The notes under the pieces were generated by a model. It was given only the letters and a program-made list of their open reading frames with translations. It had not been told where the DNA came from and made no database searches. The position numbers and the translations under genes were made by a program. Of a stretch of 64,000 nt of DNA, positions 27,313-41,609 are shown in pieces (the stretch's first letter is position 1; each line of letters begins with the position of its first letter). Origin of the DNA: the human T2T-CHM13v2.0 reference genome, Homo sapiens; NCBI GenBank assembly GCA_009914755.4, contig CP068257.2, positions 11,840,001 through 11,904,000 of the forward strand. Direction: 5' to 3'.

Positions 27313-28488
27313 AGCTTAACTCTAAGGAAATGTTTATCTTTAGGAACATTGTATTTGGTTAATTAAAATTTTAGATTCTGGAGCATCAACTGTTCTCCTA
27401 CATGAAAATAAAAGCATGAATTGGGAAATAATGGGTTCCCCAATTTTTTTGTGGGGGGAACAAAACAACTATCCATGTACATACAGTTTTTGGTTCCCCA
27501 GATCATTGAGCCAACTTGGCCAAAATAAGTAATCCCTCATTCCTTATCTCAAGAAGGTGGTCTTGCCTTGCTTGGAGATGTTAAAATGAATTCACTGGAT
27601 GTAGTCACTTTTAAGACTATTAGTTTACTTCATGTCCCATTTTCAGCCAGTTACTGTACCTGGAATAATAGAATCAAATTGTGTCATGCACAGGTAAATA
27701 AGTAAATTCTGTCATTTAATATCTAAATTATGTATATATATTTACATATACCTATATTTTACTTGTAATTCGATGAAGATAAGGCTTTGTATGTATGCTC
27801 TGTGTAAAATATGCTGTCTATATTCTCATGATTACAAAGAATAGTTTGAGTAATGGAATGTATTTGAATTTTACATATGTCTTTCATTTACTAGCAGAAA
27901 TAAAATCTTAGCCTTGATTTAGTAAATTCCTCCATTTAAAATAAGATGTTACTTTAGCAGAAACAAAATTTATCTTAATGGGATAATAATTCACTAGTTT
28001 ACCTCTGATGAGCATCAGCTAATATTTAATCTATTGTGAAATTACACAGCATCAAAATAAAATATAATACAGTTAGTTAAAATAGAAAAATTATCTTATT
28101 GATTAATTTAGACATCAGAAGTTAGATTATAAAATCAAGGTATTTTTTGTGTTTGTTTTGTTTTTAGTATATTAGCATATACTACCAAACGTGAACCATA
28201 GTAAAAGCTGTTCAGTAACACTTACCATTCCATTTTCAAATAACCCGAGTTTATGTGTCAGGTTGAAAAGCTTTTAGATGAGTGGTTTATGTTACTGTAT
28301 GTATCCAAATATTTGTATATCATGTAGACAGCCCAAGAACATATGCACGTATGTTAGCTATTGCATAGAATGGTAAAGAATACATTCTTAAAAGAAAGAA
28401 GAGAGTAAGATACATTCACTTAATGTTCCAAATAGGTCTCTAGTATCTCAAATGTACTATTCACCCATTACTTTCAAACATTATATCA

Positions 28489-28792
28489 GGGCCAGGCACC
28501 ATGGCTCATGCCTGTAATCTCAGCCCTTTGGGAAATTGACGTGGGTGGATCACTTGAGGCCAAGAGTTCCAGGCCAGCCTGGTCAACATGGCAAACACCT
28601 GTCTTGACTAAAAAAAAAAAAAAAAAAAACTAGGCACGGTGGCACCCCCCTGTAATACCAGTTACTTGGGATGTTGAGGCACCGGAATCATTTGAACCTG
28701 GGAGGCAGGGGTTGCAGTGAGCTGAGATCATATTACTGACTCCAGCCTGGGCAACAGAGCAAGACTCTGTCTCAAAAAAACAAAACCAAAAA
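28489..28792 (+). mobile_element. Alu with an expanded middle A-rich linker (A20 at 28607-28627) and A-rich tail
   Basis: GGGCCAGGCACCATGGCTCATGCCTGTAATC...GCAAGACTCTGTCTCAAAAAAACAAAACC. Confidence 0.9.
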
Positions 28793-29411
28793 CATTATAT
28801 CATGGTATGTGATTAATCTGAATTCAAAACATCTTAACATAAACTAAATGAAAATTATACAAAATTTTGCTTGTTTTATTGCATTCTCCTAATTCCTCTA
28901 GCATCTATTTAATTCTATTTGTTTTGAATTTACCAACAATTTCACATCTTGCTGAGAATATTTGCACTGATAAATATTTTTGTGATTATTGATTATATTC
29001 AAATGCACTCTCATTTTCAAAGCAACATGTATAAAATTATTATTAAAATTGTACATAGCTTGAAATAATGTAATTGTCATGGGATACATTTATATATCAT
29101 AATTAAAAGCACATTACAATGCTTGTACCTGATCTTAATATTACTTAACCTTAGAAATATAGAATAAATGATAGGAATAATATGGGAGACAAAAGACTGT
29201 GTGAAAAGCCACATATTGTATATCTCTATTGTGTTTATTAAACTTTTTTTCCCACTGCACTTACAAGTAAATTTGTCATGGACCATGGTAATTTTTATTG
29301 TAATCTTACTGTAGGTACATTCTGTTAGCAGGTTAAATAAAATACATGATCAAAGTCAAAAATATATGCAAGGAAAATATAGAAAATTTAAGTTATAAAA
29401 AGCTACTGTTG

Positions 29412-32400
29412 GTCGCCGGTGGCCGGCAGGCTGGCAGCCCTAACACAGGCAGGGCTGCGAGTGCAGTCACCCAGGTCTGCAGGAGCAGCAGGCCGAGGCC
29501 AGCGGAGATGACCCCGATGAGCCCACTTCAGGTCGGGGCTGGGTGTGGGCACATGGTTCCCGGCAGCGTGTGACCCAGTCCTGGCCAGCCGCTGCCCTCT
29601 GCGGGCCCCAGGGCTGCGAAGAGGCCTTCTGCCTGGGGCAGTATCAAGGCTGCAGAGTTTTCCTCCAAAGCCACACCTCGACTGGAAGGGGCGAGTTCGA
29701 GGACTCTGTGGGTGGTAGCCATGGGCAAATGCAGAGCTGCTGCTGTTGCTTTGCAGTGCCTATAGGACTTAGAGGGCCTGGAGCATCAGTTCCCTGAACA
29801 GCACCCAGATCACCCTGTACTGGGGACACAGTTCATTCCCCCCTTCCCTAACTCTGCAGTAAAATCTTGAGGCTGTCATCTGGGGAAGCCACCTTGTCCG
29901 TTCAGCCATGAAGACAGAAACAGTGCCATCGTTCCAGGAGACTCCAGCTGGATCCAGCTGTCACCTCAATAACCTGTTGAGTAGGCGGAAGGTGATGGCT
30001 GTGGGGGTCTTGCTTGCTGGCTCCTGGTCATACACCTTCTGGTCAGCATGTGGCTGCTGTGCCTTCTGTCTGCATTGCTAGTGGTGCTGGGAGGATGGCT
30101 GGGCTCCAGTGTCTCTGGAGTGGCTTCGAGTCCACTGCTCCTGGAAGGCTTCATCCCATTGGCCACCTGTCCTCTATTCCCTGAGACAGAAAGACAACTG
30201 GAACAGGAGATCAACTGCACCATCCAGATGTGATTATTTGAGATTTTATATTATCCTGGTACCATTCTGAGAGCCAGGAGCCAGCCTTTGCAGAGGAAAT
30301 GGAGGCAGCCATGAAAGAGTTGGTCCAGGAGCTTCAGAGGAGGATGAGCATGATGGACCATCATGCTCTTGCTCAGAGTGTTCTGACTCTCTGTCGTTTT
30401 TCACCTGCAGAGCTACATTCAGGCAAAGGAGACCACTACAGGGAAGAATGGTCCAGTTGAGCCTTCCCACCTCTGGGAGGCTTACTGCCGGGCTACTGCC
30501 CCACATCCTGCTGTGCACAGCCCCAGTGCTGAAGTCACCTATACATGTGGTATTGTGAATTTGTTGCTTCAAGGGCTGGTGCCCAAGTCCCACTTGGAGA
30601 CTCATACTGGATGCCATGTAGTGGTTGAACTCATCATATGCAGTGTAGTCTTACCATTGATCAGCAGGCTGTCAGATCCTGACTGGATCCACCTTGTCCT
30701 CATGGTTATCTTTTCCAAGGCCAGAGATCCAACACCCTGCCCAGCCAGTGGCCCTGAACAGCCCTCAGTGCCCACGTCTCTGCCACTTATTGCTGAGGTA
30801 CAGCAGCTTCCAGAAGGGAGGGCTCCTTCTCCAGTAGCAGCCCCAGGGTTCCTAAGTAAACAGTGAGCCAGAGATTCCTGCAGGCCCCTCCTCAGAGGTT
30901 GAAGGTGGCCACGAAGCTGTAGAGGGAGATTTGGGTGGAATGTCTGAAAAAAAAAAAAGTAGGAAACAACTCATCTCATTTCCTATAGCCAAATACTTGA
31001 GGCCCCCTGTTCTTATGTGGAGACTCAGAGCTGGAGTCTCCGCTGTCTGAAGTAGGCTAAGAAACCATCATGCTCATGACTCCAGGCCACTTTCTGTCTG
31101 ACAGGATTCAGGATGCCCTGTGTGCCCTAGAGGGTTCCCAGGCTCTGGAACCCAAAGGTGGTGAGGGATCTGAAGGAGTAGAGGCTGAGGGTCCAGGGAC
31201 AGAAACAGAGACAGTCCTGCCTGTCTCCACACTGAACTTCTGCCCAGAGATACAGATTGACATAGCAGACAAGGAGATAGAACAAGGAGAAGTTACCACC
31301 TCTGTTACAGCTTTGCTGGAGGGGCTGGAAAAGACCTGCTCCTCACGGCCCTCATGCTTAGAGAAGGATCTCACCAATGATGTGACCTACCTTGATCCTA
31401 GTCTGCTACCAGTTCAGTTCTGCTTTCCTCCTCTTCACCTGGTCCTCTCAGCTCAGCCATCTTCAGCTTTGAACCCCTAAGCAGTCCAGATGGCCCAGTT
31501 GTCATCCAGAACCTTCATATCACTGGCACCATTACAGCCCAAGAGCTCAGTGGCACCGGATTGCAACCATGCACACGCTATACTGTGAAGTGTGAGACAT
31601 CCCTTGATGGTGAAAACAGCAGCCTGCAGCAGCTGGCCTACCACACTGTGAATCACCGCTATTGGGAGTTCTTGAATCTGCAGGCCATCAGGAGAAGAAA
31701 CCAGATCTATGAAAGTTCATTAAAAATGTGAAGGGTTCTAAAAAGCTCTTTCCAGATCTTCCATTTGGAAAACATAGACAGTGACAGAGTAGAAGCCCGA
31801 AAGAGCCTCCTATAATAATTCCTGAAGCAATTGTGTGCCATTCCGGAGATCGCTAACAGTGAGGAGGTGCAGGAGTTTCTTGCTGTGAACACAGATGCTC
31901 ACATTTCCTTTGTCAAGAAACCATTTATGGTCTCTAGAATAGAGAAGATGGTGGTGAGTGCCATTGTGGACAACTTGAAGACAGCATTTCCTTGCTCTGA
32001 ATCCCAGGGCCCAACAGAGGAGCTGAGTGAGGCCGAGACTGAAAGCAAGTCCCAAACAGAAGGCAAGAAGGCTAGGAAGTCCAGGCTGAGGTTCTCATCC
32101 AGTAAAATTTCGCCAGCATTAAGTGTGACTGAAGCACAAGACACGATTCTTTATTGTCTCCAGGAAGGCAATGTGGAGTCCAAGACCCTATCCATGTCTG
32201 GGATGGAATCTTTTATTGAAAAACAGACAAAGTTACTGGAGGTGCAGCCAACAGAAGCCCCAGAAAAAGATCCTGAACAACTTCCCAAAGGACATGTGGA
32301 CAGTTGCTTGTCAGATGCAGCTGTGCCAGCCCAAGATCCCAGCAACAGCGATTCAGGAACAGAGACAGAGTTAGCTGACACAGCCCTGAATCTGCTTCTC

Positions 32401-32885
32401 TTGCTACTAACAGAACAGTGGAAATGGCTGTGTATTGAAAACATGCAGAAGTTTCTTCGTCTTATCTTTGGTACCCTAGTTCAAAGGTGGCTAGAGGTGC
32501 AGGTAGCTAATTTAACAAGTCCACAGTGCTGGGTGCAGTACCTCTGGCTTCTTCAGGAGTCCATCTGGCCTGGTGGAGTTTTGCCTAAGTTTCCACGGCC
32601 TGTAAGGACCCAGGAGCAGAAACTGGCTGCTGAGAAACAGGCTTTGCAGAGCCTAATGGGAGTCTTCCCAGATCTCATAGTAGAAATTCTTGGGGTGAAC
32701 AAATGCCAGCTGAATGTTTAGTCTTGGAGTCACTACAACAACCACTCATCAACAGGCATTTGATTTACTGCCTTGGGGACATTATCCTGGAATTCTTGGA
32801 TCTCAGTGCCTCTGTTGAGGAGTCCGCTGCTACCACCTCTGCTTAAGATACCCCAGGCAGCCCTAAGAGGATGGGTGTCTCCTCA
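29412..32885 (+). pseudogene. SNX19P: Processed (intronless) pseudogene of sorting nexin SNX19 (N-terminal TM region, PXA, PX, PXC/Nexin_C, no RGS). Frameshifts and premature stops occur throughout. The 3'UTR-derived sequence probably continues downstream of 32885 to an undetermined end
   Basis: A GC-rich 5'UTR-like segment starts abruptly at ~29412. An ATG at 29908 opens MKTETVPSFQETPAGSSCHLNNLL..., followed by a hydrophobic TM-like stretch, and a stop follows ...INCTIQM at 30231. Later segments in shifted frames read AEVTYTCGIVNLLLQGLVPKSHLE... (PXA region), LHITGTITAQELSGTG...YTVKCETSLDGENSS...NHRYWEFLNLQ (PX domain with the RRYxEFxxL motif), and a 296-aa ORF (31831-32721) ending in the Nexin_C-like LLTEQWKWLC...VANLTSPQ...VEILGVNKCQLNV. 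The whole mRNA-length region is colinear without introns. Which numbered SNX19 pseudogene this is cannot be told without a database. Confidence 0.75.
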
Positions 32886-35800
32886 TAGTTGGTTATTCCC
32901 GCATCCTTCCCAGGTCAGGGAAGTAGAGTTACTCAGCCACCCAGAGACCAGTGAGGAAGCCTGCATCCTCTGGAAGTAGGCTACAGCTCAGAAGGCCTAG
33001 GCTCCCAGTGGCTCAATTCTCTCCCACTTCTCCATTTGTAGCAGGTGACACAGGGTATGTGTCCCAGTTGCATGCACATTTATTTCCATGTCCCTTTTGT
33101 GGTGTTGGGATTGTTGTTGGTGAGTAGATTCTGTTTCCTTTGGGAAAAGAAGATGTGAGGTAGAGGAACAATCCCCTTTTGCTTCTCCTTTTGCCGTCCT
33201 CCCTGAGATTGTTTGCCAGAACCCTGGCCCTGTGCACAGATGTATTTAATCCACCAGCACACAAGCTCTGGATAGAACAGGAAAAAAGCAATGGCCAGAT
33301 TTCCTTGGAGGAAAGAACAACCTTCTGAGCTCTCTGTTCCTACCCGGAAACTAAAAATTCATTCTGGGCCATTCTCAAAAACCAGACTCCTGGGTCTTAC
33401 CTAGTTTCCCAACAGTTCCAGAAGAAGAAGGAGGGAAGAAAATTTTTCAAGGGACTTCTTGCTCATGTGTTGCTGTTTCCCAACACATCAGCCTTATGGA
33501 AGATGTCATCAGGCTGCTTCCCTGGAAGGCTACACTTTTCCTTTCCAGAAGACTTCAAAGCTGATTGCAAAAGCTTCTGGTAAATCCACCGCACCCTTCA
33601 CACCCTTTCCTGAAAGGCATTTGTACCACACATTTTATTTATTGTCTCTCCTCCCAACCCCCTGCCCTAGAGCAACTGGGTTTTTGAATTTGTGACCCTC
33701 TCATTATCTTCAGCAAATTTGCATGACAACTTGCATATTCAGCCTCAGCTTTTCCCAGGAGAAGGTAAAGCACTTGCCTCCTGTCTTAAGAATGCAAAAA
33801 GAGTAGGAATAGCAAGCTGGGGGAGTGAAATCTCCCTTCATAAGTCTTTGATGGGGAACTTTTATTGCTCTGAACAGGTAAGATTAGCAAACTTACAAGG
33901 AATAGCTTCTTCTTTCCTGTTCCTTATGGTTATAATTAGCCTTTAAAGAACTCCAGCAAAGGTGTTCTGTTAGGCCACATCTATTAGAAAGGCAAAGAAA
34001 TTAGGAATTGCTGGAGGAGAAGGATAAATCAGGAGGAATTGCTGGTAGAAGAGGATGCAGACAGTCACAGGGAAGTGGTATATATTAAGTACACATGAAT
34101 AGCTGGCAAAAAGGTGTCAGAGATGTTACTCGGAGCCATTTGGCTTCACACTTGCCTGTTAGTGCCTTGCTTTCGCTGAATTACCAGAGCCTACCGCTTG
34201 GAGGAAGGTCTTGGAGTTAGACTAATGAGAAGGCAATGGGGTGCCAAAAACAGGTGTCAGAGTTCTCTTAGATTCTGAAGTAGGTGGTGAGCACACAATT
34301 AAAGTGGTTTGTGGAAGAAAAAAATGCTTCTCTTACTGAATCTCTTGATTATAGTTTATAATCAAAATTATTGTAAAACTTTTCTCCATTTGTAAGTAAT
34401 TACACATATAAAGTATCTCCCTCATTCGGTAGATTTCATATTTCTTTCAGAAATGTATATCAAGTATAAAACATTTTGAATTCTAAATTGCACTTAAAAT
34501 TATTCATTGTTGGTTATATAATTATAACCAAGTACATTAATGACTACATACTGTAAACTTTCTTTGCCATGTGGCACAAATAGTTAATTTACCTTTTCTT
34601 TCTCTGTTTATCTATCTTCTATGTCCTAGTCTATTTCAGTTTTCTCTCAAGTAGTGGTTTTCATTGAACTACCAAAAAGTTGCAGGTCAACCACACTTGA
34701 AGAAAAACGTGTTAATAACATATAGTTTAAAGCTTTTTTTATTTATAAAATTATATTCCAAATTGTTAAATTAATTTTATTATGCAGACTTGATGTCTGA
34801 AAACTTCTTAAAATAGAGAAGTTCACAATATTAGATACTGTGTCTTTCTTCATATAATGACAAAAGACTTCAGTTCTGAAATTTTAGGAAAAGTTTTGCT
34901 TTAAGATTAATTAAAACATAAGATTGCATAAGCAGAGAGCATGTAGGTACGGCTATTCTATGGAAAACTTATTTTGTTATTAGAACTGTTAGGAACATCT
35001 TTTGAGAATATTCAGGCTATATATGATGCTGCAAATTTATTTTCATAATTGCTATAACTGGCAGGGCAAGCAGATGATATGTTTGTAGCTATCTCGTTGT
35101 AAGCACATCTCCAGGAATAAAAAAGGGCCTTAAGAAGAGGGAGGCAGGTGGCACAGTAATCACATCATGAACACAGATGTGGTGGCCCCTGAGAAAGAGT
35201 CATGATGACAGCTGCATTCTTTGTTTCTATCTCATATGTAATCTAATTTCAAGGAAGTATCAAAGTGTCGGGGTGGAGAGAGGATAAGAATCACTAGCAT
35301 GAAATCTAAAGTGCAGTCATCCAGTTGCCTGATGTCTTCTGAGGTGGTTCACCCAGATTCACAATACAGATAATTAAATTCAGAGCTGCAGAGATAGGGA
35401 AAATAAGATGTGGAAATAGGCTTCTTCTGAAGTATTATTCAGGTCTCCTCCTTTTCTTCCAAATGCCATCCCCATCAGTATACTCAAGGCATCTGATGGC
35501 ATTGATGAGCAACTGAAAAATCATTTAATTAATCATCAGGTTCTTTATCCTTACTTAAAAATGTAGAGGCACAAAAGTCATGTGTCAAAATATGCTCTTT
35601 TTTAATAGAGTGTGGTCCACTACCCACTGTGTGTCCTCTTAACCTTTCCAGAGTAGGTGTCCTTACAGCATAAATTTAGCATAAAATTAGACACGTTCCA
35701 GTATAAAATATAATGAAGACATAATAAGCCAATACTGAATTCTTTAGTGAATCTAGAAAATTCACTTTAATTTTTTTTTCTAGAAAATGGATTTATTTTA

Positions 35801-36757
35801 GTGTATTTATTTGTTTTTGCATTTGCCTCATGGTTCTGCATGGCTAACTTGTTAAAGTCACAAGATATCGTATATTGGGTGGATTTGCAAGCGATGTTTA
35901 GTGTTTTCTTCCCTGATGAACCAACATAACCATCATTCTGCTATGAGTCTATGTTATGAAATATGTCTATGTCCTGCTATTCTCAGGCTTCATTTTTGCC
36001 TCTAAATCTTCCAGGTACTGTTGTTTTTGACAATGTAATGGATATTACTTCTTTCTGTGCCTTCAAAATTTCAGTAAGGAAATAAACTGGTTACCAAAAA
36101 CACCTGTTTGTTAAAATTGGAGTCAAACTTTTTAAAGAAGAGATGTACTTTGTTTTCTTTCCTAAATATTTAAAAATTAATAGGATTTATCCATAGTATA
36201 ACATGGTTTTAAAAAGTAATTTAACTTTAGTTTTATTGAATACCTATTTGTGTAGTATATTACATTTATTTTTGTTAATATTAAATTTTTTAAAATTTAG
36301 GTATAAATTGTGCATTTTATATGATATTTATACCATTATTTTACTTTGGGTTCTCTCATTTAAAATTATAACCAAAGTTACACTGTTATTCATGTTTTGT
36401 GCTATGCATTTAATATTTTCATGGATTCCTTTTTTTTCTATTTTCAGCTAGTATATATTGCATTATATTTAAAACCACCACAACAGGTAGGAAATGGGGA
36501 GTTGTTACTTGATGGCTATAGAGTTACAGTTTTGTGAGATGGAAAATTTCTGCAGCTCTGTTGCACAGAAATGTGAATATAGTTAATACTTATGATATCT
36601 ACACTTAACATGATTAAGATAGTCAATTTTATGTGTATATTTTTGCTGTAATTAAAAAATACCATCACAAGTTTGAATGATAAATAACTTATTTTGTATA
36701 ATATTGAGTGTGTTCACATCAATAAGAAAAGCCTAATATACCAATAAGAAAGAGTTA

Positions 36758-37096
<339 letters not shown>

Positions 37097-37397
37097 TTAG
37101 AGATGTGAAAAAAAGTTGCATAACTGGTGACTTGAATATCTATGTTTTTTTGTAAGCTCTACTAATACATTGAGAGTAGTTATTCAAGGAATAAAACAAT
37201 GAAGAGTTAATGCTAATTTTATGTTCACATAGAAAGTATTAGTAGCAGAAAGCGATTTCATCTCAGAGAAAAAGGAAATTCTTACATAACATAATGAATG
37301 ATGCAACCAGGATACAAGAAATTATAACATTATTTTTGTATTTGTCCAAACGTTATTTGAAAATCCTCAGTGCACATACTTTAAGAATTAGGGTTAA

Positions 37398-37465
37398 GGC
37401 CGGGCTTAGTGGCTCACGCCTGTAATCCCAGCACTTTGAGAGACTGAGGTGGGTGGATCACTTTA
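37398..37465 (+). mobile_element. Alu 5' fragment (~68 bp), abutting the antisense LINE-1 that starts at ~37470
   Basis: GGCCGGGCTTAGTGGCTCACGCCTGTAATCCCAGCACTTTGAGAGACTGAGGTGGGTGGATCACTT, then non-Alu sequence. Confidence 0.8.
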
Positions 37466-37469
37466 CTTT

Positions 37470-40250
37470 GAGCCTGTTGGTGTCATTACATGTATGATAG
37501 GTCTTTTGAAGGCAACAGAAGGTTGTATCTTGTTTTCTTTCCAATTTGCCACTCTATCTTTTAAATGGAGCAATTAAGCTGTTTACATTCAAGGTTAATA
37601 TTTATATGTAAGAGTTTGTTCTGTTGTAGTGTCGTTAGGTAGTTTCTTTGTAATCTTGATTGTGTAGTTGCTTTATAGGGTCTGTTAGCTTTATATTTAT
37701 GTGTGCTTTTATGATAACAAGTATCATTCTTTCGTTTCCATTTTTAGAACTCTTAAAAATTTTCGTAGGACTGATTTGGTGGTAACAAATTCCCTTAGCA
37801 TTTGCTTGTCTAGAAAAGACATTAGTTCTTCTTTGTTTATAAAGCTTAGTTTGGTGGGATGTATAATTCTTTGTTGGCATTTATGTTTTCTTTCAAAATG
37901 CTAAAAATAGACCCCCAGTCTCTTCTGGCTTATAAGGTTTCTGCTGAGATGTCCACCATTAGTCTGATGGTATTCCCTTTATGGGTAATTTGGCCCTTTT
38001 CTCTAGCTTCCTTTGAGATTTTTTTTTATTTCACATTAATCATGAATAGTCTGATGACTATTTGCCTTGGGAATGGTCATATTGTTTAGTATCTCTCAGT
38101 AGTTTTCATAATTTCATATATCTGGATGGCAATGTCTCTAACAAAATTGGGGAAATTTTATTTAATTATTTCCTGAAATATGCTTTCCAATTTGCTTACT
38201 CTTTCTTCTTCTTTCTCAGGAATGCCAGTAAGTCATAGGTTTTTGTTGTTTAACATAATATCATATAATATTTCTTGAAGACTTTGTTCATTTTTTAAAT
38301 TCTTTCCCTCTCTTTTTGTCTGACTGAGTTAATTTGAAACGTGGTCTTTGAGCTCTGGCATTCTCTATTCTGCTTGTCTAGTCTGCAATTAAGTCTTCTG
38401 ATTGTATTTTGAAATTCCTGTAGTAAATTTTTCAATTTCAGAAGTTCTGTTTGGGTTTTCATTAATATACCTATGTCATCTTTCATATCCTGAATCATTT
38501 TCCTGTTTTTTTTTCTATTGGATTTCAACATCCTCTTGAATATTGAGTTTCCTTACAACCCATACTTAGAAATTTTTAATTTGTCATTTCAGACATTTCA
38601 ATCTGGCTAGGTTTCAGTGCTAAAGAGCTAGTGCAATCCTTTGGAGATGTTGAAACACTGTGATTTTTTGTACTGCTGGAGTTCTTATGCTGATTTTTCT
38701 CATCTAAGGAAAGTGTTGTTTCTTATTTTTGAATTTGTATTGTTTGGATGGGGCTCTTTATTTTTTTTTCCCTTGAGGGTGTAACTGTGGTGGATGTTAT
38801 GTATTTTGGCTTAGTTTCTGAATGCTTTTGGTGGGCGACAAGGCTCTACATGTTGGTTGTGGATATGTGGATACGTTTTGTGTGGTGGCTTTATCAGATA
38901 TTGTTTGGTATAGCCATGTATTTTTTATTTGATGGTGCATTTCAGGCTGTAGTCCAGTATATAGCACTTAGGAGTATGATATGGCAGGTAAGCTGCTGCC
39001 CATTGGATGAATTTGCACTGATGAGCATGGTGGGAAGAGATCATGATGGAGTGCCCTGAAGCCTCCAGGAAAGAGATGGAGGGGTGCACCAGCTCTTCAT
39101 CCTGAACTAGAAGAAATGCAGTCTGCTTCCCTATCATATCCCTGTCACAGGTCTCATGACCTTGTTTGTAAAATCTTCATCCTTTAGTTCCCAGCACAGT
39201 GCCTTTGTGGGCCATGGATCTGCCTCTCTGATGGCTACCACTATAACGAGGGTCAGGGTAGAACCTCTTCCTCCAGTACAGGACACACAACTTTGTAGTC
39301 TATCCTCTGTTGTCAGGGTGCTGCCACTCTGTGTTGGAAGGGGGAGTTGGACCCCACCCCTTGTGAAAGCCACAGCAGGCACAGTCTCATTTTCAGCAGG
39401 GATGGATCCACCACCCCTGCTGAAAGCACAAAGAATCACTTTCTTTCAGTGCACACTCACCAGCTCTTGCAGGAAGAACTGCTACTGCATTCATAACAGT
39501 GTACGGTGGATGAAAGGTGGGAGACGATCTTCTTCTTCATAATTATTCCTGGATATTGATGCTGTCTCACTCCTCATTTGGTGCCACATCTGTATTTCCT
39601 TTGTCCCAGGGAGTACTTTCGCAGGCTGTGCTCCCCAGCTCCTTAAAGGGGTGGCTCCATGCTGAGAGTAAGATCTCCAGAGAACCTACAATACCCCAGG
39701 CACCCACTGGTCCCCTGTGCTTGCCAAAGTCAGAGCAGGTTGTAGAGTATATTTGCAGGTGGTCTGGTGGTGCAATGACTTAAGGGCAGAGGATCCTTGG
39801 GAAGGAAAGTGACACACTGGTGCACAACCAGTATGGTGCCCACCATCTCAGTTCAGGTCCAAGGGGAGAGTGGGTATGGCTGTGCGAGCTGGCCACTGGT
39901 TCTGTGTTCTCAGGAAATTCTCTAATCATCACTGATTGTGTTGCCCTGGCTAGCAAGCGCAAAGGGGCTCCCCAACCGTTTAGCACTCGGCAGGTCGTCA
40001 GAGGGGTGTAGAAAGAAGCAACTTCTACCTACCATTTTGGCTGAGCTCTGAGTTGCTCAGAGGTTGATATCAGCCAGAGTCTTGCTGCATTCTTCTTCTG
40101 GGCTTCAACTTCTTCGCGTGGTTACTCCAACAGGTCCTCACTTCTCTATATTTTCCATTCAAAACTTGTTCATTCACTGGTAACTTTGATCTTTCTGAGA
40201 AGAGCTGGCATGTAATTTCCCCAGTCAGCTTGAAAAAAAAAAAAAACTTT
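37470..40250 (-). mobile_element. Old LINE-1 in antisense: 5' part of ORF2, ORF1 (minus ORF 38295-38531 is the ORF1 coiled-coil region) and 5'UTR
   Basis: The minus-strand ORF MLKSNRKKNRKMIQDMKDDIGILMKTQTELLKLKNLLQEFQNTIRRLNCRLD is L1 ORF1-like. Flanking sequence is antisense ORF2/ORF1 DNA. Confidence 0.75.
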
Positions 40251-40259
40251 TTGTTTTCA

Positions 40260-40960
40260 GAATGTATACATTTATCACTATAAATTTTCTCCTTAGTACT
40301 GCTTTTGCTGTATCCCATTAGTTTTGGTATGCTGTGTTGTCATTTTCATTAGTCTGTAAATATTTTCTAATTTCTACTGTGGTTTCTTCTTTAATCAACT
40401 GATGGTGTAAGAGTGTGTTTAATTTCCACGATTTTGTCAGTTTTCCAGTTTTACTTCTGTTATTGACTTCTCACTTTAATTCATTGTGTTCAGAAAAGAT
40501 ATTTTGTGTGATAGCTATCTTTTAATTCTCCTGAGACCTAATTTGGGCCTAACATATTTTCTGTCTTGGAAAATATCCCATATACACTTGAGAAGGATGT
40601 ATATGCTGTTGTTGGGTAAATATTCTGTATATGTTAGAACAATTTGGTTTATTCTCAGTCCTCTATTTTCCTTACCTATCTTCTGTCTGGTTGTTTTATC
40701 CATATTGAAAGTAGGGTATTGAAGTCTTAAACTGTTATTGTAGAATTGCTTATTTCTCCCTTCCATTATGTCAGTTTTTGCTTCAAATATTTTGATGGTT
40801 TGTAAGCGTTTATGATTGTTATATCTTCTTACTATATTTAACCCTTCATCAGTATATAATGTCCTTTTATGTCTCTTGTAAACATTTTTATTTAAATCCT
40901 AATTTTTCTGATATTAGTATAGCCACCCCTGTTGTCTTTTGACACAACACCCTACTCTCT
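40260..40960 (-). mobile_element. LINE-1 ORF2 fragment in antisense
   Basis: ...CTGCTTTTGCTGTATCCCATTAGTTTTGGTATGCTGTGTTGTCATTTTCATTAGTC... matches the antisense L1 ORF2 region. Confidence 0.75.
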
Positions 40961-41609
40961 TGACTTACCTAGCCAGGTTTTAGTGAAAAATCCTGTTAAG
41001 TCAGTTTGGTAAGAATCCCTGCAACCTTGAAATCAAATTTGTTTTTTTACTGCCAACCTTTGATAGCTAAGTTCTTGGCCAGCCTTTAACAAGAATCCTT
41101 CTAAGCCAACCAGTGATCTCTGACTGCTGTTCAGAAGAAACGAGGGATGGATAATGTAAAAATCTGAATCAATATTTCTAATTCTGGGCACATATTAGAA
41201 TTGGCTAGTAATCTCATATTAGCTTGGTTCCAACAACTGCCCAGCTCACGGAAAGCCTTCTAATTTAGTTTACTTCAGATATTTTTACTTATTTTGCTCT
41301 ACTCTTGTGGATTATATCGCTGTTGTACTCTCTGTGTAGGAACATAGGATAAACTTATTCAATGTTTCCTTAAATTAAACACTTACTAATCTCCCAGATA
41401 TCACCTTTTGTCAGAACTCAGAGTTAGGAATGGCCTTCACCATACTGATGCTTTCTGACTGAGCTCCTCTCTACCCCAAATACAGGGGACCCTAATAATT
41501 AGGCAGGAATATCATTACCCCTATTCAGCCTGAAGAAGTTTCAGAAGATGGATCTTCATCCCTTTGCAGCCCTTGGTATTAAGGATTCTCTTATAAAAGT
41601 GAGGGGGAA

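Noticed and set aside
31831-32721. 296-aa ORF as a possible live gene (C-terminal half of a sorting nexin)
   Set aside because: It is one surviving open stretch of the SNX19 processed pseudogene. It lacks the N-terminal two-thirds of the protein in frame and has no introns, and upstream segments are frameshifted. A transcribed truncated product cannot be excluded from sequence alone.
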